Shown here: piece after piece, positions 54,998-64,000 of the stretch
Layout: each line of letters begins with the position of its first letter
Position numbering within the stretch: position 1 is the first letter of the stretch
From: a virus
Taxonomy: Duplodnaviria; Caudoviricetes
IMG/VR virus record: IMGVR_UViG_3300021255_005861
Location: 121,667-185,666 of that record
Strand: one strand, 5' to 3'
Length of the DNA stretch: 64,000 bases
The notes under the pieces: generated by a model
Told to the model about the DNA's origin: nothing
What the model saw: the letters and a program-made list of their open reading frames with translations, nothing else
Databases searched by the model: none
Translations under genes and position numbers: made by a program

Positions 54998-57622
54998 ATG
55001 GGAACCAAGCGCATCATCAACATGAACGCCACTACCGATTTTGAATCGGACGACAACATCGTGGTAGACAGCGAAACCGCGGGCACGCGCAAGATGGCGC
55101 AGAGCGTCCTGAAGGAGAAGCTCCGCGAGGACTGCCTCGCCGGCATCCACAACCTCACGCCGGCGACGGATTTCGCCACCGGAGATACAATCGTGGTGGA
55201 CAACGCCACTGACGGGCCTAGGGGTATGAACAAGGACGTACTTCTGGCCAAGACTGCACAAAATGCACTAGGTAGCATCAAGAACCTCTCGACAAGCATC
55301 ACCGCCTTCCGCAGCGGCGACGTGATACCCGTGGACGGACCGGGTGGCACCGCGAAGATGAGCAAGGACTCGCTACTCCAAAAAACTGCTGATGCTTCGG
55401 TAACATTGCCAAAGCCATTCGGTTCTGCGGTCGACATTGTTGATAGCGATATAGTCCAGTTCAAAAATGGATTTTACAGCAACATCGGGTACAACTCATC
55501 ATATACGCATAAGTATTGCGAGATTGATCCCGCCTTTGTAAAGTCAATCAAGATTACTAAAAATGAAGTTGCTGTCGTTACGTTATATGCCGCAGTAGTT
55601 GAACATGCTAATGGGACATATAGTGTATTCCAACCACTCAATGTTGCATCAACTGAACTTACAATTAACATTGAGAATAAACTGAATGATGGCGACAAGT
55701 TGTACCTCAACAAGTTCTCCTTTGTAACTAAGATTGAAGTGACTCCGAAGCAGAGCCTTGAGGCAATGCAAGACTCTTGTAACTTTATTCGTATAACTAG
55801 AAATAAACTCGTCAATGGCTTCCTCCGTGAGTTATACATCAAGGGAACGGATACTCCGGCATTTATCAAAATGGAACTTGAGTCTTCGAAGGTATGGGTC
55901 AATGTACTAGATGCTGGGAATAATGTCATTGCGAAGTTTGACACAACGAATATGGGAATCGTTGACGCAAGCGCTAAATCGGCTAACACCGAAATTGCAA
56001 AGGCTGTGATTGCCAATGGCGCGACTACTAACATAGGTATTGGGTATACGGATATTGTTACCGATTGCTCCCTTGAGCATTGTCCTATCATCAAGGCTTC
56101 GCTGATGGATGATGCTGTTGACGCCAAACTTGAAAGCATCTTTACTACGTTATTCGTCAACTTGAGTCCTACTATCGTGCCGGCATTGTCAATGATTAAG
56201 TTCTACCCGCACTTCGTCACTGACCATTACAACTACAAGACATCGGATTTACCTGCAGAAGGCACTTGGGTTTACGCGGGCTTCAAAATGAGTGAGGCTT
56301 GGAAGAAAGACCACGACTACTTCATCGCTATAGACCTTGAGGTAGTGACCGACACAAAGACTACTGGTGGGAATTTCTACGGACAACTTATTGCAAAGGG
56401 TGCAACCAACCAAACTGTATCCAACCAAGCAACTCCGGTTGCTGGCGTGGTCACGGGTACAAGGGGAACTCTTAAAGGTAAGTTTACCATCAATGCTAGT
56501 ATTGATACTTGGCCTACTGCAAACAATTTCATCCTGCAAGCGGGTAACTACACATCAAGCGAAAGCCTCGAAATCAATGTGTACAACGTATTTGTGATTG
56601 ATATGGGCGTGAGCGGGACTGACGGATACATTGACTATGCGACAGCAGATGCTTGGCTTACTGAATACGGATTTGTTGACACAAAGAAGGTAATCGCTGA
56701 ATGTCAAAAGGCCGATGTTGCCCGAGTCGCAGAAAGTATAGAGTCGCTCAATGTTGGTGGAGATATTGACCTCTGGGGAGACTCTTTGGTCGCACAGAAT
56801 TATGGTAGCATCATCGCATCCAAACTTGGAAGGAACGTGTACTCGCACGGCTTTGGCGGTAAGAATAGCGGATATATTCGTGACCAGTTCCTCGCGTATG
56901 CCGACAAGTCGAACACCATCATCATCAATGTCGGCCGTAACGATGCAGCGACTGGCAATGCGGACAAAGTGTTCCAAAACATTGCGGCTATGGTAGATGC
57001 AATACCTCACGAGAATTTCATTATATGTTGTCCACCAAACGGCAACTACGCAGGTGAAAGCGAAGGAGGTGCCATATATTCCACTTTCTTCGAAACTCTT
57101 GAGGAACGATTGAGCAAGGCTTATCCGGCCAATTTCCTCAATACACGTGAGGGTACGATTTATTCCTACGATATGGGAGAAGTGAGGCTTGCCGAAGGTT
57201 TCACGAAACCAAACTTGAACGCAAGTGTAACAATCAAGGTAACTGACAGCGAATTCCTCACAACGTATAATGCCGCAGATGTTACTCGTTACGGGTCAAG
57301 CGAAATGGAAAAAATCGCCATTGGTAAAACCATTGATGCCTGCGATGTGTATGCGGTAACGGCTCACGATGACGATGCCAACACCATCACGGCAACACTA
57401 ATAGTAGATGGCAGCAGTGTGTCAAGTGGAAATACTTTCGACAACACAACAAGTGGCGGTGCTGTGTACTATGCACGGGTAATGCAGTATATGGACTGGA
57501 AAAATTGGAAGGAAGATACAACTCAGTCTACATTTCGTGCGGATGGCATCCATATGAGTGATCGAGGGAAAAATTGCCTTGCAAATTTACTTTGCAAGAA
57601 AATTGTGGCAATGAAGATATAA
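54998..57622 (+). CDS. Tail fibre/spike-like protein with C-terminal SGNH (GDSL) hydrolase domain
   Basis: Three N-terminal ~42 aa repeats; WGDSL, GRND, DGIH blocks. Confidence 0.65.
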   Translation: MGTKRIINMNATTDFESDDNIVVDSETAGTRKMAQSVLKEKLREDCLAGIHNLTPATDFATGDTIVVDNATDGPRGMNKDVLLAKTAQNALGSIKNLSTSITAFRSGDVIPVDGPGGTAKMSKDSLLQKTADASVTLPKPFGSAVDIVDSDIVQFKNGFYSNIGYNSSYTHKYCEIDPAFVKSIKITKNEVAVVTLYAAVVEHANGTYSVFQPLNVASTELTINIENKLNDGDKLYLNKFSFVTKIEVTPKQSLEAMQDSCNFIRITRNKLVNGFLRELYIKGTDTPAFIKMELESSKVWVNVLDAGNNVIAKFDTTNMGIVDASAKSANTEIAKAVIANGATTNIGIGYTDIVTDCSLEHCPIIKASLMDDAVDAKLESIFTTLFVNLSPTIVPALSMIKFYPHFVTDHYNYKTSDLPAEGTWVYAGFKMSEAWKKDHDYFIAIDLEVVTDTKTTGGNFYGQLIAKGATNQTVSNQATPVAGVVTGTRGTLKGKFTINASIDTWPTANNFILQAGNYTSSESLEINVYNVFVIDMGVSGTDGYIDYATADAWLTEYGFVDTKKVIAECQKADVARVAESIESLNVGGDIDLWGDSLVAQNYGSIIASKLGRNVYSHGFGGKNSGYIRDQFLAYADKSNTIIINVGRNDAATGNADKVFQNIAAMVDAIPHENFIICCPPNGNYAGESEGGAIYSTFFETLEERLSKAYPANFLNTREGTIYSYDMGEVRLAEGFTKPNLNASVTIKVTDSEFLTTYNAADVTRYGSSEMEKIAIGKTIDACDVYAVTAHDDDANTITATLIVDGSSVSSGNTFDNTTSGGAVYYARVMQYMDWKNWKEDTTQSTFRADGIHMSDRGKNCLANLLCKKIVAMKI

Positions 57623-57741
57623 TGGCCAACCTAGACTTCACATCTATCTACACTACCATCGGCGAGGTGCTCGGCACTCCTGCCACAATCGTTTCGTATA
57701 TATTAAACTTTTATGGATAACTTAAAACGGAGGACTCCCCT

Positions 57742-57876
57742 ATGCCTTACGATAGACAAATACCCGATGCACCCATGCCGCTCTCTATGATGCCCAGGCT
57801 CACGGACTTGCAGGACACCGACCTCATCTACGTGGTGCGACCGACCAACCCCCTCGGGCAGCGCTGCAGTGCGTAG
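57742..57876 (+). pseudogene. Short ORF, possibly a truncated tail-protein N-terminus
   Basis: GGAGG RBS; LTDLQDTDLIYVV resembles the fibre N-terminal repeats; stops after 44 aa. Confidence 0.3.
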
Positions 57877-57906
57877 TGGTAAAGGTATTTCGGGATGTTC
57901 ATTTTC

Positions 57907-60900
57907 CTATCCCCACTTAGCAAGGATTTCTAACTGATGGCTACGCATCTTGTCGAGCGTTTTCCCGTTGTACTTGCAACCGATTTCGCCACTCCGGTTC
58001 TCCGAGATCTCCTCGTCGCCATACCCGAAGATAGCGCAGAGTTCGTGGTTCTCTGAATAGTCGTATGTCGTGTGGGTGCAATTCTTGCAGCGCATACTAC
58101 TTACCGCCCCTCTTTAGATATTCCTCGTATTTCATATACAGCAGATCGCCGAAGCGAAACACGTCCTCGTGCGAGAAGAACTCGTACGTAAGGCCCATAC
58201 GCGACGGCACGCTCGTCTTGTAGTATTCAAAAGCAGACTCCCAGAACCTGCCACGCTTGTTAAACGCCTTCTCCTCCTCGGGCGAATCCCACTCGCAGTC
58301 CGCCGAGTCCATCCACCAGTAGTCGTTCTTGCGGATGCGCTGGAAGATTTCATTCTTTTTAGCAAAGTGGCTGAAGTTGAATCCAGGAAAGAACCACAGG
58401 ACTATCTTGCCCCAGTGCTTGACGACGACGCAGCTCCCTGCGACATCAAGCGGGTTCCCGCACTCCATTATGTATAGCCCCTTCTCGATATACCGGCACG
58501 CACGGCGGAGCCCGTGCTCGTCGGGGACGTCCTTGTCATTGTCTGCGAAGTACCTGCCCCAGCACATCCACTTGTTCGGGTCCTTCTTAATGTCCGCCTT
58601 CAAGTATTCGTGAAAGGCATCACGGATAGAGTTAAGCTCCAGGAGCAAGTCGTCTTCCGACTTGTCATACAAGTAGGCATCCAGTATTCTTGTGCTCATA
58701 GTCTTATACCTCCCTCAAACCGTACATTCTCAATCTTCCTCCGCTCCATCACCTTACTCTGCGCCTGCTCCTTGAACCCGATACCTATCCACACCCTTCG
58801 AATACGCAGGAACGGCCACATGGTAGAGCAGCTTCGCACGAACCGCGCCCGCTCCCACGTGGCGAACTCGCTCTCGCCGAATACGCTCACGTGGATACGC
58901 TTGCGGAGCTCGTCATACAGGTAGTAGTGCCCGAGAGATGGATCTATCGGGTCGTAGTTGCATGCATCTGCACCATATTCAGCAGGTTCGTCCATAAACT
59001 AATTCTCCCTCTTTAGCGGGCAATCGCCGTTGATCTGGTGTATGCATTCGAAGGCGTAGCAGTTATCCGTGTACTGCTTCCCCGGCCTCTCGCCATACGG
59101 GCACTTGAACTTCTTTTCCCTAGTTTCCATTTTCATTACCACTCTCCTTGAAGAGCGAATCCGCAAACTCCGACACTATCCTGCGCACGAAATACTGGAA
59201 CCCGACCTCTTCGCGAGCAATGTACTCCACGGGAATCCGGATTTCCGACTGCTTCCCCATATCTCTATTTATGTACATCAAGCGGCACATGGTGCAATTC
59301 CTATATATGTCCGGCTCCCGATATACGTACAGCACGCCGCCCATGAAGCCGTGGTACTCGTAGTGAACATAGGGCTGTTCAACACGCTGGCACGTGCACC
59401 CGCCTATCTCGGTAGGAAGCCCTATGTCGGCTATGTATCCACCTGCCTTCTTCTCCTGGGCGCACCATATCGCCTTCAACCCTGCGTCCTTCCCGTTGTC
59501 CCGGTCGTAGAGCGTAGTGTCGATGGCATCGGAGTACTTGCCGAAGTCGGTCTTGATGACACGTCCCTCTAGGTAGTCCACGTAGTCGCCCTGCGTAAGG
59601 ACGATGCCCGCCTCGAGGCTGTCCATGCGATGGCTCGGGTCGTACTGGAGTTTACCGAGCCCCTGGGGCTTGGCTGCGTTGAAGAGGGCGGCTAGCGCCT
59701 CCGGTTTTGTCAGCCCTTGAAGTTCAATCTTACTCATGCTAGCTTCCTCTCTATTAAGTCGATACAGTCCTTGATAGTCTTTAGTTCGTCCTTCTCCATA
59801 TCGGATATATCTATAGGGTATTCGTCATAGCCTGTATGTTCCAGGAGGAGCATTAATTCCTTTAGTTGGGCAAATATCAATTTTCGCATAGTTTCTCCTT
59901 GTTCTTCCAAGCTGCGTACTCGTAGAACACCTGCCGGTATAAATCTAGGTATTCCTTCACCTCCTTCCTGTCCTTGAACTCGAACCCCGAGGGACCCGGA
60001 CGGACGAAGATGTCCCGCTCGTACAGGCGGTTGCATGCGAAGGCGACTGCGATGTACTCGTCGGGCAGGTCCCGGAATCCGTACACCTTGCGCCACATCT
60101 TCTTCACGAAGTACTCCTCGCGGTAGAGGGCCACGAGCAGATCGAGCAATGTCCGCAGGGAATCATTCATAATGCCATGTACCATTGGAGAGCCTCTGCA
60201 GGCGTCCGCCCGCCCATACCTCGAGCACGCCCGTCTTCTTGTCCTCGTTCAGCACTTTCCAATCCGTGTAGGTCGTGCAGCTTCCGCCCGAGCACACCAC
60301 GAGGGAATTGTGCCACAGGCTAGGCCCGCACACGGTGATGAATATGGTGAGTACAATGAGCAGGATAAGGCCGCCTATCTTGAGGACTGTCAAGAACCCC
60401 GTGTCCTCGCGGGCAAACCTGCCGGCGTTAATCATTGATTGCACGGCCCACTCGTCGTACTGCTTTCCGTCGGTGGACTTGCGGATGGAGCCGCCCGCCC
60501 AGATGTCGTCGTTATCCATGTTATTCCTCTCTTGTTGTACTGGACTGGTCCGTGTCATTCATAAGCATTTCATATTTACGCCGCCATTTATCTGCGCGAG
60601 CACGTGTCCTGGCAAGTTCGTCCTGACACTGACGCAACCTCGGGCGGTAGTCCACGATGTATGCATAGAACATACCGCCCCAAAACAGCAGCAGGTTCAT
60701 CAAAATTTGCACCCAATTTTCCTTCAAGAAATCTATGAAAATTTGCATAGCGATATTCCCTATGAGTTTAATCCAACTGTTTAATCATCCTTTCCTGTGT
60801 TTTCACGATGTCCATGGCGACACACCGCATCGTATTTACGTTCACTGGCATGCCGTAGTATTCCACGGGAATCGTGTAGACAGCCCCGTTCCATTCGAAC

Positions 60901-62495
60901 GCAGTGAAATCGCTATTGAACTTCGGGATGTCCGGGACGACGGGCTGTTCCTCGAGTAGGCGCAGTTCCCGCTCAAGGTGCACCTCCATACGATGCTGTT
61001 CCCGCTTATCCAGGAACCTCCGCATGAACTTGATAGAACGCAGTTTATCCAAAATCATCGTTTATCCTATAGTGAACCCGACAACGCCGTTATACCGCTC
61101 GGGGCGCTCGCACGGCACATATTTTCCTTCCTCCCACCTGTAGAACCATACACGTCCCTCGGAGCAATCCGGGTATATGCCGAAAGGCACCTCCTCGACG
61201 AGCGCGTAGGGATAGTATGGCACGCCGTGAACCTCCTCGGAAATAACGCGGGCGTTGTTGAGCAACGCACGCTTCGCCCCGTCCTCGGTATAGTACCACC
61301 CGATGTTGCGGGTGGCGTACGGTTGCAGGCCGAACGCCTGGATAACGTATATAGGGCTCACTTGGCCTCCTTGAACGGCGGTTTCTTGTAGTCCATGAAC
61401 TGGTCGTAGAGGAAGTGACCGATGGCCACTATCTTGCCGTCCTTGAGCACGGCGCGGAGGGGCTTGCCCACCAGGTCGCCCCAGTGCTTGACCTCGGCGA
61501 GCTGCATAATGCGGAGGATGGCCGTCATGCCCTTGTCCCAACCTTCTATGTACGAATCTCTCCCGTCATTCGTAAGTATTTCCGTACCGAAGCAGATGCC
61601 TCCGAACACTACTCCACCGACGGGCAGCTTGAGCGTGACGTTCACGGTTGGTCCGTCCGCGGTAGAAATGTCTGCGCTCTCGATAATAGCGTTGACGATA
61701 TCGCACCCATCCTTGAGGTACATTTCTTCGTTAGGTCTAAATCCTGTCATACTTGAATCTCCTTAATATATTCCATAACTGCCGCAAGCCCTTCCTCGGG
61801 CGTATCAAACGTCTTCTTGAAGTTTCCAATAAATACGTATTCGCCAATATTCCCAATGTACGCATAGACAGTACCCTCGTACATAATGCGCAGACCATTT
61901 ATCTTGATGTTGTCGCCGTCCGCAGTACGTATAGCCGTAGACGGGATGCTAACATTGATTACATCGTAAGGGCAGTGTAGGCCCCCGTATCGGATTTGCA
62001 CGATAGCAGAGCGTGATTTCTCCATCTGCTCGCCCTCATACAAGACGATGTCAAAGGTTGTTGAGTATTGTTCTACTTGGTACATATATACCAATCCTTA
62101 GAGAATGCTCCCACAAGAAATTCCCTGGCAGGCGAAGGTTTCTCGAAAATAGGATTGACGTTGAAATCCATTGCCGCATAAGTATCGTTGTCATACCCCT
62201 TATACCTAAAATGGCAAGCCCCCACGTCATGAGCAGTAAGATATTCCGTAACATACTTACAGGCATCTTCGGCAGTTACGGGTATGTACTGCTCACTCCC
62301 ATCCTCTCGTTTTTCCCAGCGGTTCTCGCCAAAGAACTCTGCCACTTCCTGCATATAGCCCCGCAGCCAGTTCATAGAACGGGTCAACGATTCACCTACG
62401 AGACTCATCCCGCCGTACCAAATATATTCTTTGGATTCCAGCGTAGGGGTTACAAAGTCAAACGTCATTATATAAACGCCTTGCTTAGTTTTCAT
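57907..62495 (-). other. Run of ~14 small, coupled hypothetical genes (accessory/early region)
   Basis: Abutting minus-strand ORFs, e.g. 58097-58699, 59120-59737, 61358-61750, 62073-62495. Confidence 0.6.
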
Positions 62496-62577
62496 TGTGC
62501 TATCCTCTTGTTTATTGTGTACCCTAAATATAACCAATATTCCACGGGAAAACATGGACGTAAGAAATAAGTAAGAA

Positions 62578-63012
62578 TTATTTTTCTATTAGAACGGCGG
62601 GCGAACCCCAGGGCGATTCCCCCACCTGCCGGATAGATAGACCATGAGTCTCTGCCATGTGTGTCCAGAACCGCATGGCTACATCATCCCAGCACCACAG
62701 ATAGAACCGCGTGCCGTGCCGCAGGATGAACTCCTCCACGAGCATACGCCCGTATCCCCTCGTCCGCGCCGCCGTGTCCATGTCGCCTATTTCCCATACG
62801 TGGTGCACGCCTGGGGCGACCGTGTTGCGGATGTATCTGCACGTGAGTACGCCGTAGAAGCGCCTGCCGTCGTGGATAACAAGCGTCTCGAACGGGTAGC
62901 GCTTGCTGCCTTTCTGGAAGGACTTGCGGAAGAGGTCGGACTTGAATGTCCCGCGCAGGGAACGCACGAGGCGCTTGGCCTCGCCCCAGTCCTGGATCCA
63001 TGTATACTGCAT
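62578..63012 (-). CDS. GNAT-family acetyltransferase
   Basis: RTRGYGRMLV acetyl-CoA motif; A..FW. Confidence 0.6.
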   Translation of the reverse strand: MQYTWIQDWGEAKRLVRSLRGTFKSDLFRKSFQKGSKRYPFETLVIHDGRRFYGVLTCRYIRNTVAPGVHHVWEIGDMDTAARTRGYGRMLVEEFILRHGTRFYLWCWDDVAMRFWTHMAETHGLSIRQVGESPWGSPAVLIEK

Positions 63013-63548
63013 CAGCGCTTCCTCCGCCTACGCTTCTGGGGAAGCACGGTGCTCGGGAAGGTATTGTCCATGTACTTGTCTATAGCGGCGACGCCCCCGT
63101 CCGCGATGAGGTCTATGAGGGTAGAGGCATCCGCCATGAATGCCCTAGCAACGTCCTTCAGTACCTCGTCCGGCACGTCCACGTTCTCGGCGTAGAAGCG
63201 GTCGTTGATGAAGCTGGCAACCCTGTCCACGTCCGTAAGCAGTTCAAGCCCTGGAATAGACCTATTCCCTTCTCCCCAGTGCAGTTGCAGCGTGGTGCGC
63301 TTGATTTTCGGGGCGTTTCCGCTAAGAACCTTGTCCTCGTGCAGTTCCTTGAGAAGGGAACGCAGTTTCCCCTTCTCATGGTTCGTGAGGTTGTTCACGT
63401 CGGCGTAGTTCGCCATGTAGTAGAGGAAGCCCCACCACTCGACGATGTTGCGGGTCTGCTGGACGAGCTTTGCCTCCATCTGGGGCTTATGGAACGCCAT
63501 CTCGTTCACGGGCTCGTATAGTTGCATATCGTGTACGGTTATTCTCAT
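63012..63548 (-). CDS. Hypothetical protein
   Basis: Coupled ORF from MRITVH. Confidence 0.55.
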   Translation of the reverse strand: MRITVHDMQLYEPVNEMAFHKPQMEAKLVQQTRNIVEWWGFLYYMANYADVNNLTNHEKGKLRSLLKELHEDKVLSGNAPKIKRTTLQLHWGEGNRSIPGLELLTDVDRVASFINDRFYAENVDVPDEVLKDVARAFMADASTLIDLIADGGVAAIDKYMDNTFPSTVLPQKRRRRKR

Positions 63549-64000
63549 CCTCGCTTCAGTCCTTTGCGGGCGTAGAACCGATGTACGCATTCCGCTATTT
63601 CATCGTCGGGCATCAAGCAGAGGGCCTCGTACCGGTTTCCCTTGAAGCCTCTATGTTTCTGCTTTACCCGGCTCAGTATATCCTTGTGGAACGAGTTATT
63701 TGCAAATAGGCTGGAAAATCCGGGGATGCCACCGTTCAGTACGGCCTGCTTGTCGGACAACACCTCGCGCAAATATGCTTTCTCGCTAGTGGCAGGGTTT
63801 AGATAGGTCACGCCCCAGGAGCTCCCGTAGTTCATATATGGCTTGGCCGCGCTCTCGGGATCGAAGGATTCCGCATCCTGCACGTCCTTGAGCTGGCTAC
63901 GGATAGAGGCCTTCACGCCATGCGAGCGTGCCCGCAGGGACGACTTGATGTGCATGGCGCAGGGGTTCACGTGGGAATGTACTCTCTCTGTCTTGCTCAT
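63545..64000 (-). CDS. Hypothetical protein (start at window edge)
   Basis: 151 aa ORF; ATG at the last three bases. Confidence 0.5.
   Translation of the reverse strand: MSKTERVHSHVNPCAMHIKSSLRARSHGVKASIRSQLKDVQDAESFDPESAAKPYMNYGSSWGVTYLNPATSEKAYLREVLSDKQAVLNGGIPGFSSLFANNSFHKDILSRVKQKHRGFKGNRYEALCLMPDDEIAECVHRFYARKGLKRG

Noticed and set aside
1-64000. CRISPR array, diversity-generating retroelement or retron
   Set aside because: No regularly spaced direct repeats, reverse transcriptase motifs or TR/VR pair seen by eye

Overview
64 kb of a large tailed dsDNA bacteriophage genome (GC-rich, probably a myovirus; host not determinable from sequence alone). It carries a replication/recombination module: DnaB-like helicase, intein-containing SNF2 helicase, two beta-clamp-like genes, intein-containing DnaX-like clamp loader, family A DNA polymerase with an N-terminal UDG-like domain, gp32-like SSB, RecA/UvsX and RuvC-like resolvase. 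Also present are a sigma-factor-like gene, two amidases, virion genes (portal, baseplate, tail proteins), a Stealth-family transferase, a tRNA plus a tRNA-like RNA, three RNA-guided-nuclease transposons (TnpB, IscB, IS607) and six orphan DNA methyltransferase loci. The main finding is a C5-cytosine methyltransferase split into an N-terminal catalytic gene (15787-16896) and a C-terminal motif IX/X gene (18174-18983). Between them, the usual in-frame variable region is replaced by seven free-standing ~50-65 aa mini-genes, each resembling one target-recognition module. Two more such mini-genes lie at 8331-8671. Two cassettes and the adjacent adenine methyltransferase are out of frame exactly at poly-C/poly-G tracts. 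This suggests a modular, phase-variable, trans-assembled multispecific methylation system; the function is inferred, not demonstrated. All family assignments come from motif recognition by eye, with no database searches run.
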